Translations under genes and position numbers: made by a program
Shown here: one piece after another, positions 53,743 through 64,000 of the stretch
Layout: each line of letters starts with the position of its first letter
Position numbering within the stretch: position 1 is the first letter of the stretch
The notes under the pieces: model-generated
Database searches by the model: none
The model's input: the letters and a program-made list of their open reading frames with translations, nothing else
What the model was told of the DNA's origin: nothing
From: Octopus sinensis
Lineage: Eukaryota
Reading direction: 5' to 3'
Assembly: GCF_006345805.1 (NCBI RefSeq)
Contig: NC_043013.1
Span: forward strand, 44,702,001 to 44,766,000
Length of the DNA stretch: 64,000 nt

Positions 53743-54140
53743 AGGCGCAGGAGTGGCTGTGTTGTAAGTAGCTTGCTTACCAACCACAAGGTTCCGGGTT
53801 CAGTCCCACTGCATGGCACCTTGGACAAGTGTCTTCTGCTATAGCCTTGTGAGTGGATTTGGTAGACGGAAACGGAAAGAAGCCCGTCGTATATATGTAT
53901 ATGTATATGTATATATACGTGCGTCTGTGTTTGTGTGTCTGTATTTGTCCTCCCAACATAGCTTAGCAGCCGATGCTGGTGTGTTTACATCCCCGTAACT
54001 TAGCGGTTCGGCAAAAGAGACCGATAGTATAAGTACTAGGCTTACAAAGAATAAGTTCTGGGGTGGATTTGCTTGACTAAAAGGCGGTGGGTGGTCCAGC
54101 ATGGCCGCAGTCAAATGACTGAAACAAGTAAAAGAGTATA
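53743..54140 (+). mobile_element. SINE family C, full length
   Basis: AGGCGCAGGAGTGGCTGT head, CORE-like GGCACCTTGGACAAGTGTCTT, AAAAGAGT tail. Confidence 0.92.
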
Positions 54141-54185
<45 letters not shown>

Positions 54186-54192
<7 letters not shown>

Positions 54193-54345
54193 ATATTTCG
54201 GAATGGTCATTTTGCCAGTTAGCCTATATATTTGGTGTTACTTTGCTTCAGTGTTATTTATTTTTTACATTAATCTTAATCTTATTTCGGCCAGAGTTCT
54301 TTCGTCACACTCCTGTGACCGCATCAGTGGTCCTTTGTTTTCTTC
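54186..54345 (-). mobile_element. Short repeat with CUGAUGC hammerhead variant (copy 2)
   Basis: Motif at 54291-54330; 3' end runs into (TA)n. Confidence 0.65.
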
Positions 54346-54708
54346 TCACTTATTTGTGTCTCTCCTTACTAACCGTCAGCCATTTTGCATACAAAGGACA
54401 CACACACAGACATTTTGCCGTTTATATATAGAGAGATAACTTCATGGAATACACTCTTCATTATCACCTCCTGATGGAATTGTTAGACTGTTGCAGGAAA
54501 TGCCTTGTGACATTTCATCCAGTTCTTTACGTTCTGACTTCAAATTCCATTGTGGTCAACTTTGGTTTTTCATCCTTTCGGGGTCGATAGAATAAATACC
54601 AGTTATCTACTGAGATCGATGTAATCGGTTATCCTCTCACCCGAAAGTTCAGGCCTTGTGCCAACAGTAGAAAGTACTGTTGTTGTTGTTGTTGCTGTTG
54701 TTGTTGTT

Positions 54709-54924
54709 AAGGCGGCGAGCTGGCAGAAACGTTAGCACGCCGGGCGAAATGCGTAGCCGTATTTCGTCTGCGGTTACGCTCTGAGTTCAAATTCCGCCGA
54801 GGTCGACTTTGCCTTTCATCCTATCGGGGTCGATAAATTAAGCACCAGTGAAATACTGGGGTTCGTTGTAATCGACTAGTCCCCTCCCCCAGAATTTCAA
54901 GGCCTTGTGCCTTCAGTAGAAATG
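54709..54924 (+). mobile_element. SINE family B, full length; older copy at ~54480-54670
   Basis: Complete head through GGCCTTGTGCCTTCAGTAGAAA followed by (ATT)n. Confidence 0.92.
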
Positions 54925-55039
54925 ATTATTGTTATTATTATTATTATTATTATTAGTTGAAAACTGGGGTTGATGCAATCGACTCCTCATTTCTCCTGAA
55001 ATGTGCCAAAATTTGAAATTTTATTATTCTTAGCAGCAC

Positions 55040-55046
55040 AAGTAGC

Positions 55047-55120
<74 letters not shown>

Positions 55121-55176
55121 TAGTAGTAGTAGTAGCAGCAGCAGTAGTAGTAGTAGTAGCAGCAGCAGCAGTAGTG

Positions 55177-55212
<36 letters not shown>

Positions 55213-55236
55213 TTAATGGTGGTAGTAGTAGTAGTA

Positions 55237-55311
<75 letters not shown>

Positions 55312-55364
55312 TAGTAGCAGCAGCAGTAGTAGTAGTAGTAGCAGCAGCAGCAGCAGCAGTAGTG

Positions 55365-55400
<36 letters not shown>

Positions 55401-55404
55401 TTAA

Positions 55405-55446
<42 letters not shown>

Positions 55447-55462
55447 CAGCAGCAGCAGCAGC
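55040..55462 (+). repeat. (TAG)n/(CAG)n compound microsatellite
   Basis: Direct tandem repeats; TATTAATGG interruption at 55211 and 55399. Confidence 0.95.
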
Positions 55463-55597
55463 ATAAATGATAATAATAAATAACATTACGAATAACAATT
55501 ATAAAGAAAATGGCCACAATTTTCATGCCATACAGCCTCAAATATCACACTGATATCATCTATTAAGCTTTGATAACTGTTTGTTTTTATTTCGTGT

Positions 55598-55666
<69 letters not shown>

Positions 55667-56004
55667 TGCGTACGTGCGTGTGTGTGTGTGTTGTCAGAGG
55701 AATAGAATATTTTGGGTTATGGTAACCATAAAACTTAAAATGCAGAGAATCTGATATAATCTAGCAACTATGGACACAACCACCCCCACAAAAAAAACAT
55801 CATCCCCAGAACACCACCACCAACTCCGACACCAACACCATCGCCTTTGGCGACAAAACTGCCATCAATGGTAATAATACCAACCATACATAATCCAGTA
55901 CCATCAATAACACCACCACCATCGCCGACACCATCGCTGCCATCAGCAGCAATAATACAATTGCTGTAAGAATAACATCTCTGCCAATACCATTAATATT
56001 GATT

Positions 56005-56410
56005 TCGAATTTTGGCACAAGGCCAGCAGTTTCGGAGAAGAGGATAAGTTGATTACATCGACCCCAGTACTCAACTGGTACTTATTTTATTGATCCTGAA
56101 AGAATGAAAAGCTAAGTCGACCCCGGCGAAATTTGAACTCAGAACGTAAAAGACAAAAATGCCGCTAAGCATTTGCCCGACATGCTAACGATTCTACCAG
56201 CTCGCCGCTCTGATAGAGAATACATAATCCTTTCTGTTATAGGCCCAGGGGGATTAAATTTGATTTGAAGGCAGAGGCTAGTCGATTACATCGACCCCAG
56301 TACTCAACTGGTACTTATATTATCAACCCCAAAAGGATGAAAGCCAAAATCGGGCTCGGTGGAATTTGAACTCAGAACGTAAAGACGGACGAAATGCCGC
56401 TCAGGGTTCT
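56005..56410 (-). mobile_element. Two adjacent SINE family B copies
   Basis: CGACCCCAGTACTCAACTGGTAC twice, each with GAACTCAGAACGTAAA. Confidence 0.85.
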
Positions 56411-56428
56411 GGCAGCAACAATATGAAT

Positions 56429-56739
56429 CAAGGACTCCGTCGGTTGCGACGACGAGGGTTCCAGTTGATACGATCAACGGAACAGTTTGCTCGTGAAATT
56501 AACGTGCTGAGCACTCCACAGACACGTGTACCCTTAACGTAGTTCTCAGGGAGATTCAACATGACACAGAATGTGACAAGGCCGGCCCTTTGAATTACAG
56601 GTCCAACTCATTTTTGCCAGCTCAGTGGATTGGAAATAATATGTCTTGCTCAAAGACACAACGCGTCGCTGGGAATCGAACTCACAACCTTGCAATTGTG
56701 AGCAGAATGCCCTAACCACTAAGCCACGCGCCTTCACGT
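56429..56739 (-). mobile_element. Chimeric SINE: CORE-like middle with family A tail variant 2
   Basis: GTGTCTTTGAGCAAGACA middle, then AAAGGGCCGGCCTTGTCAC tail; TSD CAATATGAAT at 56419-56428 and 56740-56749. Confidence 0.85.
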
Positions 56740-57336
56740 CAATATGAATACCAATATTATCAATATGAATTATAAATACCAAAATCAGTAACAACAGCGC
56801 CCCGCCGTTAACTTCCTGTCAGTCTGCGCTGTGTTGCTGTAATTTTCATTGCAGCTTAGCGGCCGAGTATACTTATGATCACAAGCGTTCCACCCGTGAC
56901 TATATCAACTAGTATGTTCCTATACTACAAACACCTATCCGCTACGATGTATCTCACTGTCCAGTAGTATCTCACATACTCTTCCTCGTCTACAACTAAA
57001 ATACTCTCGCTATGTAAAAGGATGGCATCCTACACTTTACTCTAACTCACCTGCTCAAGACGTCATCTACCCGTAATTTAAACACCCCAAGTCCTGATGT
57101 CATCAATAGCTAATTGAAAAGCATCTTCAACCCATAAATTAAGCACTTCACGTCAAGATGCCATCTTCCAGGAATTTAAACGTCTTGCATCCTGATGTCA
57201 TCTACCCGTAACTTAAACACCCACGCCTTGGCATCATCTACCCATCACTTTAAGACCTTACACATTAATATATATTTCAAGAGATACATTGAATCATCCC
57301 TTGATGGAGATATGACAAAACTAATAATAATAATAA

Positions 57337-57834
57337 TTCTTTCTAAATTTTGCAGAAAGACAGCAATCTTGAGGGAAGTGGGCAAGCCGATTACATCGTC
57401 CCCAGCACTTGACTGGTACTTTATTCTTATTTCTTTACTGCCCACAAGGGGCTACACACAGAGGGGACAAACAAGGACAGACGAACGGATTAAGTCGATT
57501 ATATCGACCCCAGTGTGTAACTGGTACTTATTTCATCGACCCCGAAAGGATGAAAGGCAAGGTCGACCTCGGCGGAATTTGAACTCAGAACGTAGCAGCA
57601 AACGAAATACCTATTTCTATTTCTTTACTAACCACAAGGATCTAAACACAGAGAGGACAAACAAGGACAGACAAACGGATTAAGTCGATTTTACCGACAC
57701 CAGTGCGTAACTGGTACTTATTTAATCGACCCCGAAAGGATAAAAGGCAAAGTCGACAACTGCGGAATTTGAACTCAGAAATACCACTAAGCATTTCGCC
57801 TGGCGTGCTAACGATTCTGCCAGCTCGCCGCCTT
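57337..57834 (-). mobile_element. SINE family B concatemer; partial head at ~57880-57970
   Basis: GAAATA|GGTATTTC junction. Confidence 0.9.
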
Positions 57835-58975
57835 CTGATGCTTTGTTCTATCGACAATAAAATGATGAACGATAAAACTGATGTCTGCAGGATTCGAACT
57901 CAGAACGTAAAGAGCCGGTAGAAATGCCGTTAAGCATTTTGACCGATATGCTAAAGGTTCTGCCAGCTCTCTGAACAAGCTGGCTCCTCCTCACGTAATC
58001 CATTATCTCACCTTCTCACAGATCCAGTCCTAAACATTTTTCACAGAATTATTCTTGCTGTGAATTACAACCCCCAATGGAATTTCGATTGCACCGATAT
58101 CGCTAGTCTCTAAGGGTCTGCAAGGGACATAGAACCTCGTCATTTTGGGAGGGGGTGCTAATAAAAAAGGAAAATGTCGAAGAGATTTACATATTTGTAT
58201 AGATTAAACAGACGAAAGAGAATTATGATGTCAGAATTAAAATGAATTTTAGAAATATTGTATATGCATTGAAAAAATTATAACAATAATAATACAATGG
58301 TATAATAAATAATTGTAACTATAATTAAATATTTTCACCATGCCGAAAAACTTAATACAATGAAGAAAAGCAATCAAAAACAAAGAAAATTTGCGTATCA
58401 TTAATTTTGTGTTTTAATTATCGGAATAACATATGCGAAAGGAAAAATATATAAACGAAAAGAAATAAAAGTTTGTGGGGTTTTTTTTTTTTTTCTTTTA
58501 ACTTTAGAAAACTGTCAACGCGTACAAAGGAAGCAAATGGATATTTCTAAAAATGTTTATGAGACAACGAGTGAGAGAACAAACGAAAGAAAGTAACACT
58601 AAACACATTTGGTTGGAGTTACATCTATCTCATAACAGTTTCACTCAGCTCTGCATTATTTCAAGTTTCGTGGACGAAAGATACGTCCACTTCATTAAAT
58701 ATTCGGTAATGACAGAGGGGAGGCGGAGATGAATGCATTGTACGTCGCTGAAACTTTCAGTAATGAGTAACTGAGTCAAATTAGTATTTAATATAACGAT
58801 GTAGGCGTTGGCTTTTATAGAATCGGGCGTGGTTGTGTGGTTATGAACCGCACTTTCAACCACGTGGTTTTGGGTTCAGTCCCTCTGTGCGGCAGTGTCT
58901 TCGACTAATATCCAAGTCGACTAATACCCTGTGAGTGACATTGGTATACGGAAACTATGTAGAATCCTGTCGGTG

Positions 58976-59039
<64 letters not shown>

Positions 59040-59248
59040 CACGTGATCACCAGAATATCAGATACTAAAATATATATATATAGTGTGTTGCTTAGTGAGT
59101 GGGATTGACTCAGTGCACAGCCTTTCCTCACTTTAAAAAAAATCTTCTTGCACAGGCATTGCACGATAACAACATTGATTAAGCTTCGTGCAATGGCCAT
59201 ACTCGATAACGAGGGGGCAGCCACCATATATATATATATATATATATA

Positions 59249-60134
59249 TGTAAAAGTTAAAAAAATACACAAACTGGGACAAGAACGTGAAACATTTAGA
59301 AGACGACAAAAAAAACACAGACGGGACTTTCGAAGCTCTCAGTCATCAGTCAAGAACCAGATCATCTTCGCAATTTCGGCTGATTAATCTTGAGATTGCT
59401 CCGATCTGGGCAGCCACCAAGGGAAATCTAAGCCAATCGCATTAGATTCCTTGGAAGAAAGCCTCGAAAGTATACAACAGAGTGACGGAAAACGGACGAT
59501 GTTACTCGAAAAAAATTCAAAAATACGTAAAAACAATAAAGATAGCACGAATAAGAATACAAAATACGTAAAAACAGTAATAACAAAACCAGGACGTCAG
59601 GACAAGCGTCTTTCGACAGGACGAGTTAAGTATAGGGCTGGCTGTGGAAAAAGTGCCTGAAGGCAACGGACACAAACAAATACGTGTTGCCACACTGACT
59701 ACTTGATGCGAAAAGGCAGTAGTAGCTGGCTGGTCACGTGAGCAAAAAAGAGAGGAGAAAGGGACAGATGAAGAAAGAAAGAAGGGGAACAAGGGAGGAG
59801 AAGCAGAGAGGGAAAGGGACAGTTCAAGTGGGGTGTAAGGTCTGAGAGGCAGAGAAATGTGGGAGAGGGGGGACGGAGGAAGAGAGAAAGAAAGAAGGGG
59901 AACAAGAGAGGAGAAGAAAGAGAGGGAAAGAGACAGAACAAGGGGAGTGCAAAGGGTGAAGGCAGAGAAATGTAGGAGAGGGGGAAAAAAGAGACAGTGT
60001 AGTAGAGTCGTACCAATGTTAGAGAGTAATATACTTACGTATAGGGTTAAAAGGTAAGTACGTAGCCGCCATGTATATATGTAAAAGTTTAAAAAATACA
60101 CAAACTGGGACAAGAACGTGAAACATTTAGAAGA

Positions 60135-60137
<3 letters not shown>
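59249..60137. mobile_element. Element with ~57-bp terminal direct repeat in (TA)n; related copy at ~62945-63080
   Basis: GTAAAAGTT.AAAAAATACACAAACTGGGACAAGAACGTGAAACATTTAGAAGACGA at both ends. A PLE pLTR identity is inferred only. Confidence 0.55.
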
Positions 60138-60179
<42 letters not shown>

Positions 60180-60182
<3 letters not shown>

Positions 60183-60538
60183 CGGGAAGCTTTATGAAAA
60201 TAGACAAAAGACGAAGGCAGGTGGAAAACAAACGAACAATTGTATTAGTATGGCGCTCAGGAAATATAAAATAAACAAGTCTTTAACGTTTCGAGCCTAC
60301 GCTCTTCAACAGAAAGATCACACAGAAAGAAGGAGAAAAAAAAATGAGTGCAGTAGCTAACGAATCAACATGGACTGATTGCGATCGTTCGGCCAGAGGT
60401 CAAAGATCAAACATGAGACGCGAGAGCGAAATAAGGGGAGATAATAGGGTTGATAATATGGTTGAAGGACCACCTAATAGTGCGTAGGAGGGGTCTGGAA
60501 CGTGTGTATGTATAGGGTTGGTTATGTATTATGTGTAT

Positions 60539-60575
<37 letters not shown>

Positions 60576-61455
60576 AGAGAGTATTAGTGCGTAGGATTGG
60601 TGTGGACGTGCGTATGTATGGGGGTTTGTATAAATGTATTAGTATGTATTAGTATGTATTTAGACGTATTAGTATGTATAAACGGTTGTGTGTGTGTGTG
60701 TGTGTATAGAGAGTTTAAGTGCGTATGAGTAATGTCTGGACTGTTATGTTAAGGGTGGTGTATGTATTAGTATGTCTGTAGTGACAATTAGTTGTATGCA
60801 TTTGGTGTTATGTATTAGTATGGCACATCATATTATGATGTGATGTGTGGAAGCTCTCGTGTGTGTGTGTGTAGGTGAGGAACGAGGGGATGGGGGGGGG
60901 GGAGGTGGTATGAGGGTGGGAGGGATGGAGAGATAGAGGAGGGGGGAGAAGAGATGGGTGGGAGAAGGAAGAGGTAGGTGGTACAAAAAGGGTATGTGTG
61001 AGGAACGAGGGAGGTGATAGGGAGATGAGGGGGAGTGAGGAGGCAGATGGAAGGGGAAGAGGGAAGGATGGAGGGAGAAGAGGGAAGAGGAGGGGAGTAG
61101 GGGTGAGAGATGAAGGAGTGAAGAGTAGGGGTCGGGGGAAAGATAGGTGAGGAGGGGGGAGGGGGGGGGGGGTGGGGGGGGGGGGGGGGGGGGGGGGGGA
61201 GTGAGGGGGGGGGGGGGAGGGGGAGAGTTGAGACAAATTGATGGTGAAAAATGGCGTATAGGAGCGAAGAGAGAAGATTAATTCCTGTTCACGGCGCAAA
61301 CGGGAATCCGGATGGCCTCTGTGTAAGGACAAACCGAACACAGATAGGTGTTGCAAGGAGTGACCGGTGGAGCGGAAATGGCGTGAGACCGGTGTGTCGT
61401 TCGCAGGTGGATGTCACGAAGGTGTTCCGGTTCGCGAACCGTCAGCCAAGCGGCG

Positions 61456-61458
<3 letters not shown>
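60180..61458 (-). mobile_element. Penelope-like element 3' end: GIY-YIG C-terminus, C-rich UTR, variant hammerhead
   Basis: RRLAD...EHLRDI...[48 protein letters not shown] at 61228-61458; CUGUUGA motif at 60280-60317; (TA)n at both ends. Confidence 0.85.
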
Positions 61459-61540
<82 letters not shown>

Positions 61541-61591
61541 TATATATATTGTATGTATGTATTTTTGTATGCATGTATGTATATATAATAT

Positions 61592-61814
61592 TTCTTTTTC
61601 TAATCTACGCTAGGCACAAGGCCCGAAATTTTGGGGGAGGAGGATCAATTGATTAGATCGACTCTAGTACGCAACTGGTACTTAATTTATCGACCCCGAA
61701 AGGATGAAAGGCAAAGTCGACCTTGAAGGAATTTGAACTCAGAACATAAAGACAAACAACATTCTGCTAAGCATTTCGCCCGGCGTGCTAACGTTTCTGC
61801 CAGCTCGCCACCTT
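61592..61814 (-). mobile_element. SINE family B, full length
   Basis: Head to alternative tail. Confidence 0.9.
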
Positions 61815-61933
61815 ATATATATCATATTATATTACATGTGTATGAGGGAGGTGCACGTGATTGTATCCATATAAGCGTGTGTGCGTTTGTATGTGTGACA
61901 TTTGATAGCGACAGAAGCAGTACTACTACCAAC

Positions 61934-62287
61934 TTGATCTCCAACTTAACGCGAAGGTTCTGTTAGAACACCGGATACTGCATTCTTTACATTGAGAAAA
62001 TCTCTCATAACGAATCGTGGTGCATAAAAGCACTCGAACACATATTGTTGACGGACGAAAATCGACTGTTATGTCGCTGCTGAACAGCTGCCACTGAAGA
62101 ACCCACAGCAGGATGAAATCACGGGATCTAGCAGTCCTGGTGACCGTGGCATTCGATTCTCGTCTGTCGATGATATAATGACGAGTGCTTTTATGCCCCA
62201 AGAGTTCTTATGAGAGATTCTCTCAAGGTGAATCAAGGTAAATATTCTGTAATTCTAATACAGCCTTCGCGTTAAGTAGGAAATCAA
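61934..62287 (+). other. Imperfect fold-back (~155-bp arms) closed by a hammerhead
   Basis: ACTTAACGCGAAGG, GAATCTCTCATAA-like and GCATAAAAGCACTCG blocks recur in reverse complement and run into the ribozyme stem I. Confidence 0.8.
62088..62134 (+). ncRNA. Type I hammerhead at the apex of the fold-back
   Basis: CTGCCA CTGAAGA ACCC ACAGCA GGAT GAAA TC ACGG GA TC TAGCAG; AUC triplet; one mismatch each in stems I and II. Confidence 0.65.
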
Positions 62288-62382
62288 CATAATCAACATA
62301 TCTAAGGCGCGAAATTGCGTTTGCCCTTCTGGCCAGTAACTGATGGTCTGTTCCCGTTTGTTTGTGCCTTTATTATGTTTAG

Positions 62383-62435
<53 letters not shown>

Positions 62436-62436
62436 T

Positions 62437-62489
<53 letters not shown>

Positions 62490-62507
62490 AAATATACATA
62501 TATATAT

Positions 62508-62628
62508 AACGGGAAGCTTTTATGAAAATAACAAAAGACGAAGGCAGGTGGAATACAAACAATTGTATTAGTATGGCGCTCAGGAATATAAATAAAACAA
62601 GTCCTTTCGTTTCTTCAACAGAAAGATA
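62508..62628 (-). mobile_element. Third copy of the 60180-type PLE tail, ribozyme stem II deleted
   Basis: GTTTC directly joined to TTCAACAGAAAGA; flanked by (TA)n. Confidence 0.8.
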
Positions 62629-62889
62629 CTATATATATATATTATTATATATATAGATATATATATATATATCTATATATATATTATATATATATATATA
62701 TTATATATATATATATAAAACATACATACATTCATACACACAGTTGAATTTACAAACGAGATAAAATGCACTCAATACACATCGTAGAGTTTATCCAATT
62801 AGTCGAAGTTCAAGCTTTTTACCCGCATACAGATACAAAGACACACAAGCGCATATATACATACGTACACAACACACACACACACACAC

Positions 62890-62920
<31 letters not shown>

Positions 62921-63742
62921 TATATATGTATATATATATTAAGGTATGTAGAAAAATACAACATGGACAAGAACGTATAACTCTTAGAAGACGATACAAT
63001 AAACACGGACAGGACATTCGAAACCCTCAGTCTTCAGTCAAGAACCGGATCATCGTAGTAATTTCGGCTGATTAATCTTGAATATATATATATGGCTTCT
63101 CATATATACACATACTACATATTTGGGTATCAATTTATGTATTTTTTTATGTTTGCGTGTATGTAAATATGCATTTCTTAATATTTATAATGTCTGTGCG
63201 TGGGATGACGTGTGTTTGTATGTATATGTATGTGTATGTGTATGTGTATGTGTAGCTGCATGTGTGTACGCATATCTAATTCACTCCCTCCCACCATTTC
63301 TCTCTTTCCCTCTCTCCCATCTCTCAGTCTCTCTTTCTGCGACGCACTATCCCTCTCCCTCCCTGCTCTCTCTGACTCTACCCCCCATCACCCTGCATGT
63401 TTCACTTTGCTTCGGTGTCTGATTTATTTTGTTCTATTGATTTGGATATTAGTATTTGTTTATCATCAATATCATCATATCAGATATGTGCAATAAGATA
63501 TCATTGCTGCGGCTGGCAAATTGGATTGAATTTCGGTTTGCGTTTGGCATAAATTAGAGTTTCACACATTATTGATCATATCGATCAAGGAGCGAAATCT
63601 TCACAGTCAACCGTTAACATTTCACAGCCAACAGTTAATTCTCAGTATGTATGTGTGTGTGTTTATATACATGTGTGTGTGTGTGTGTGTACATATATAT
63701 ATATATGTAAATTATACATAATATATATATATATATATATAT

Positions 63743-63779
<37 letters not shown>

Positions 63780-64000
63780 TATATATATATATATATATGT
63801 ACATATATATATATAGTATGTATGTATGTATGTATGTATGTATGTATGTATGTGTGTATGTACGTGTGTCGGGGCTGCGTGTTGAGTTAACACTCAACCA
63901 CTCAACGGCTAACGCTTCACAGCCAATGATTAATCATTCGCAGTCGGCAGTTAACACTTTACTATCGACATTTTACACTTCAAAGACCAGAGTCATCTTG

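Noticed and set aside
59320-59420. CTGANGA...GAAA...GTC on minus here and at ~63010
   Set aside because: Stems I and II do not pair, and the second copy has GAAT.
61140-61225. Poly-G tract as a special G-quadruplex element
   Set aside because: It is the low-complexity UTR of the PLE fragment, and homopolymer length is unreliable in assemblies.

Overview
AT-rich, repeat-saturated animal genomic DNA. The SINE families and the microsatellite load look cephalopod, probably Octopus (inference from recognition, not from a search). No intact host protein-coding gene could be supported. Almost every listed ORF is a microsatellite translation or a decayed transposon fragment. The window holds about 30 tRNA-derived SINE copies from three families, decayed R4/Dong-type LINE pieces, Penelope-like element (PLE) pieces (RT and GIY-YIG), four Tc1/mariner relics, a short (AAT)n-embedded element, and a 100-N assembly gap. 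The main unexplained signal is a dense set of type I hammerhead ribozyme (HHR) motifs found by eye: 7 with a canonical CUGANGA/GAAA core and 8 with variant or decayed cores. Several sit in unusual fold-back architectures: (1) a head-to-head palindrome of a tRNA-promoter + microsatellite + HHR + tail unit (39.8-40.5 kb), (2) a ~350-bp imperfect hairpin whose apex is a hammerhead (61.9-62.3 kb), and (3) a 429-bp near-perfect palindrome with an HHR on each arm (21.9-22.3 kb). All structures were folded by hand and no database was searched, so novelty is unverified.
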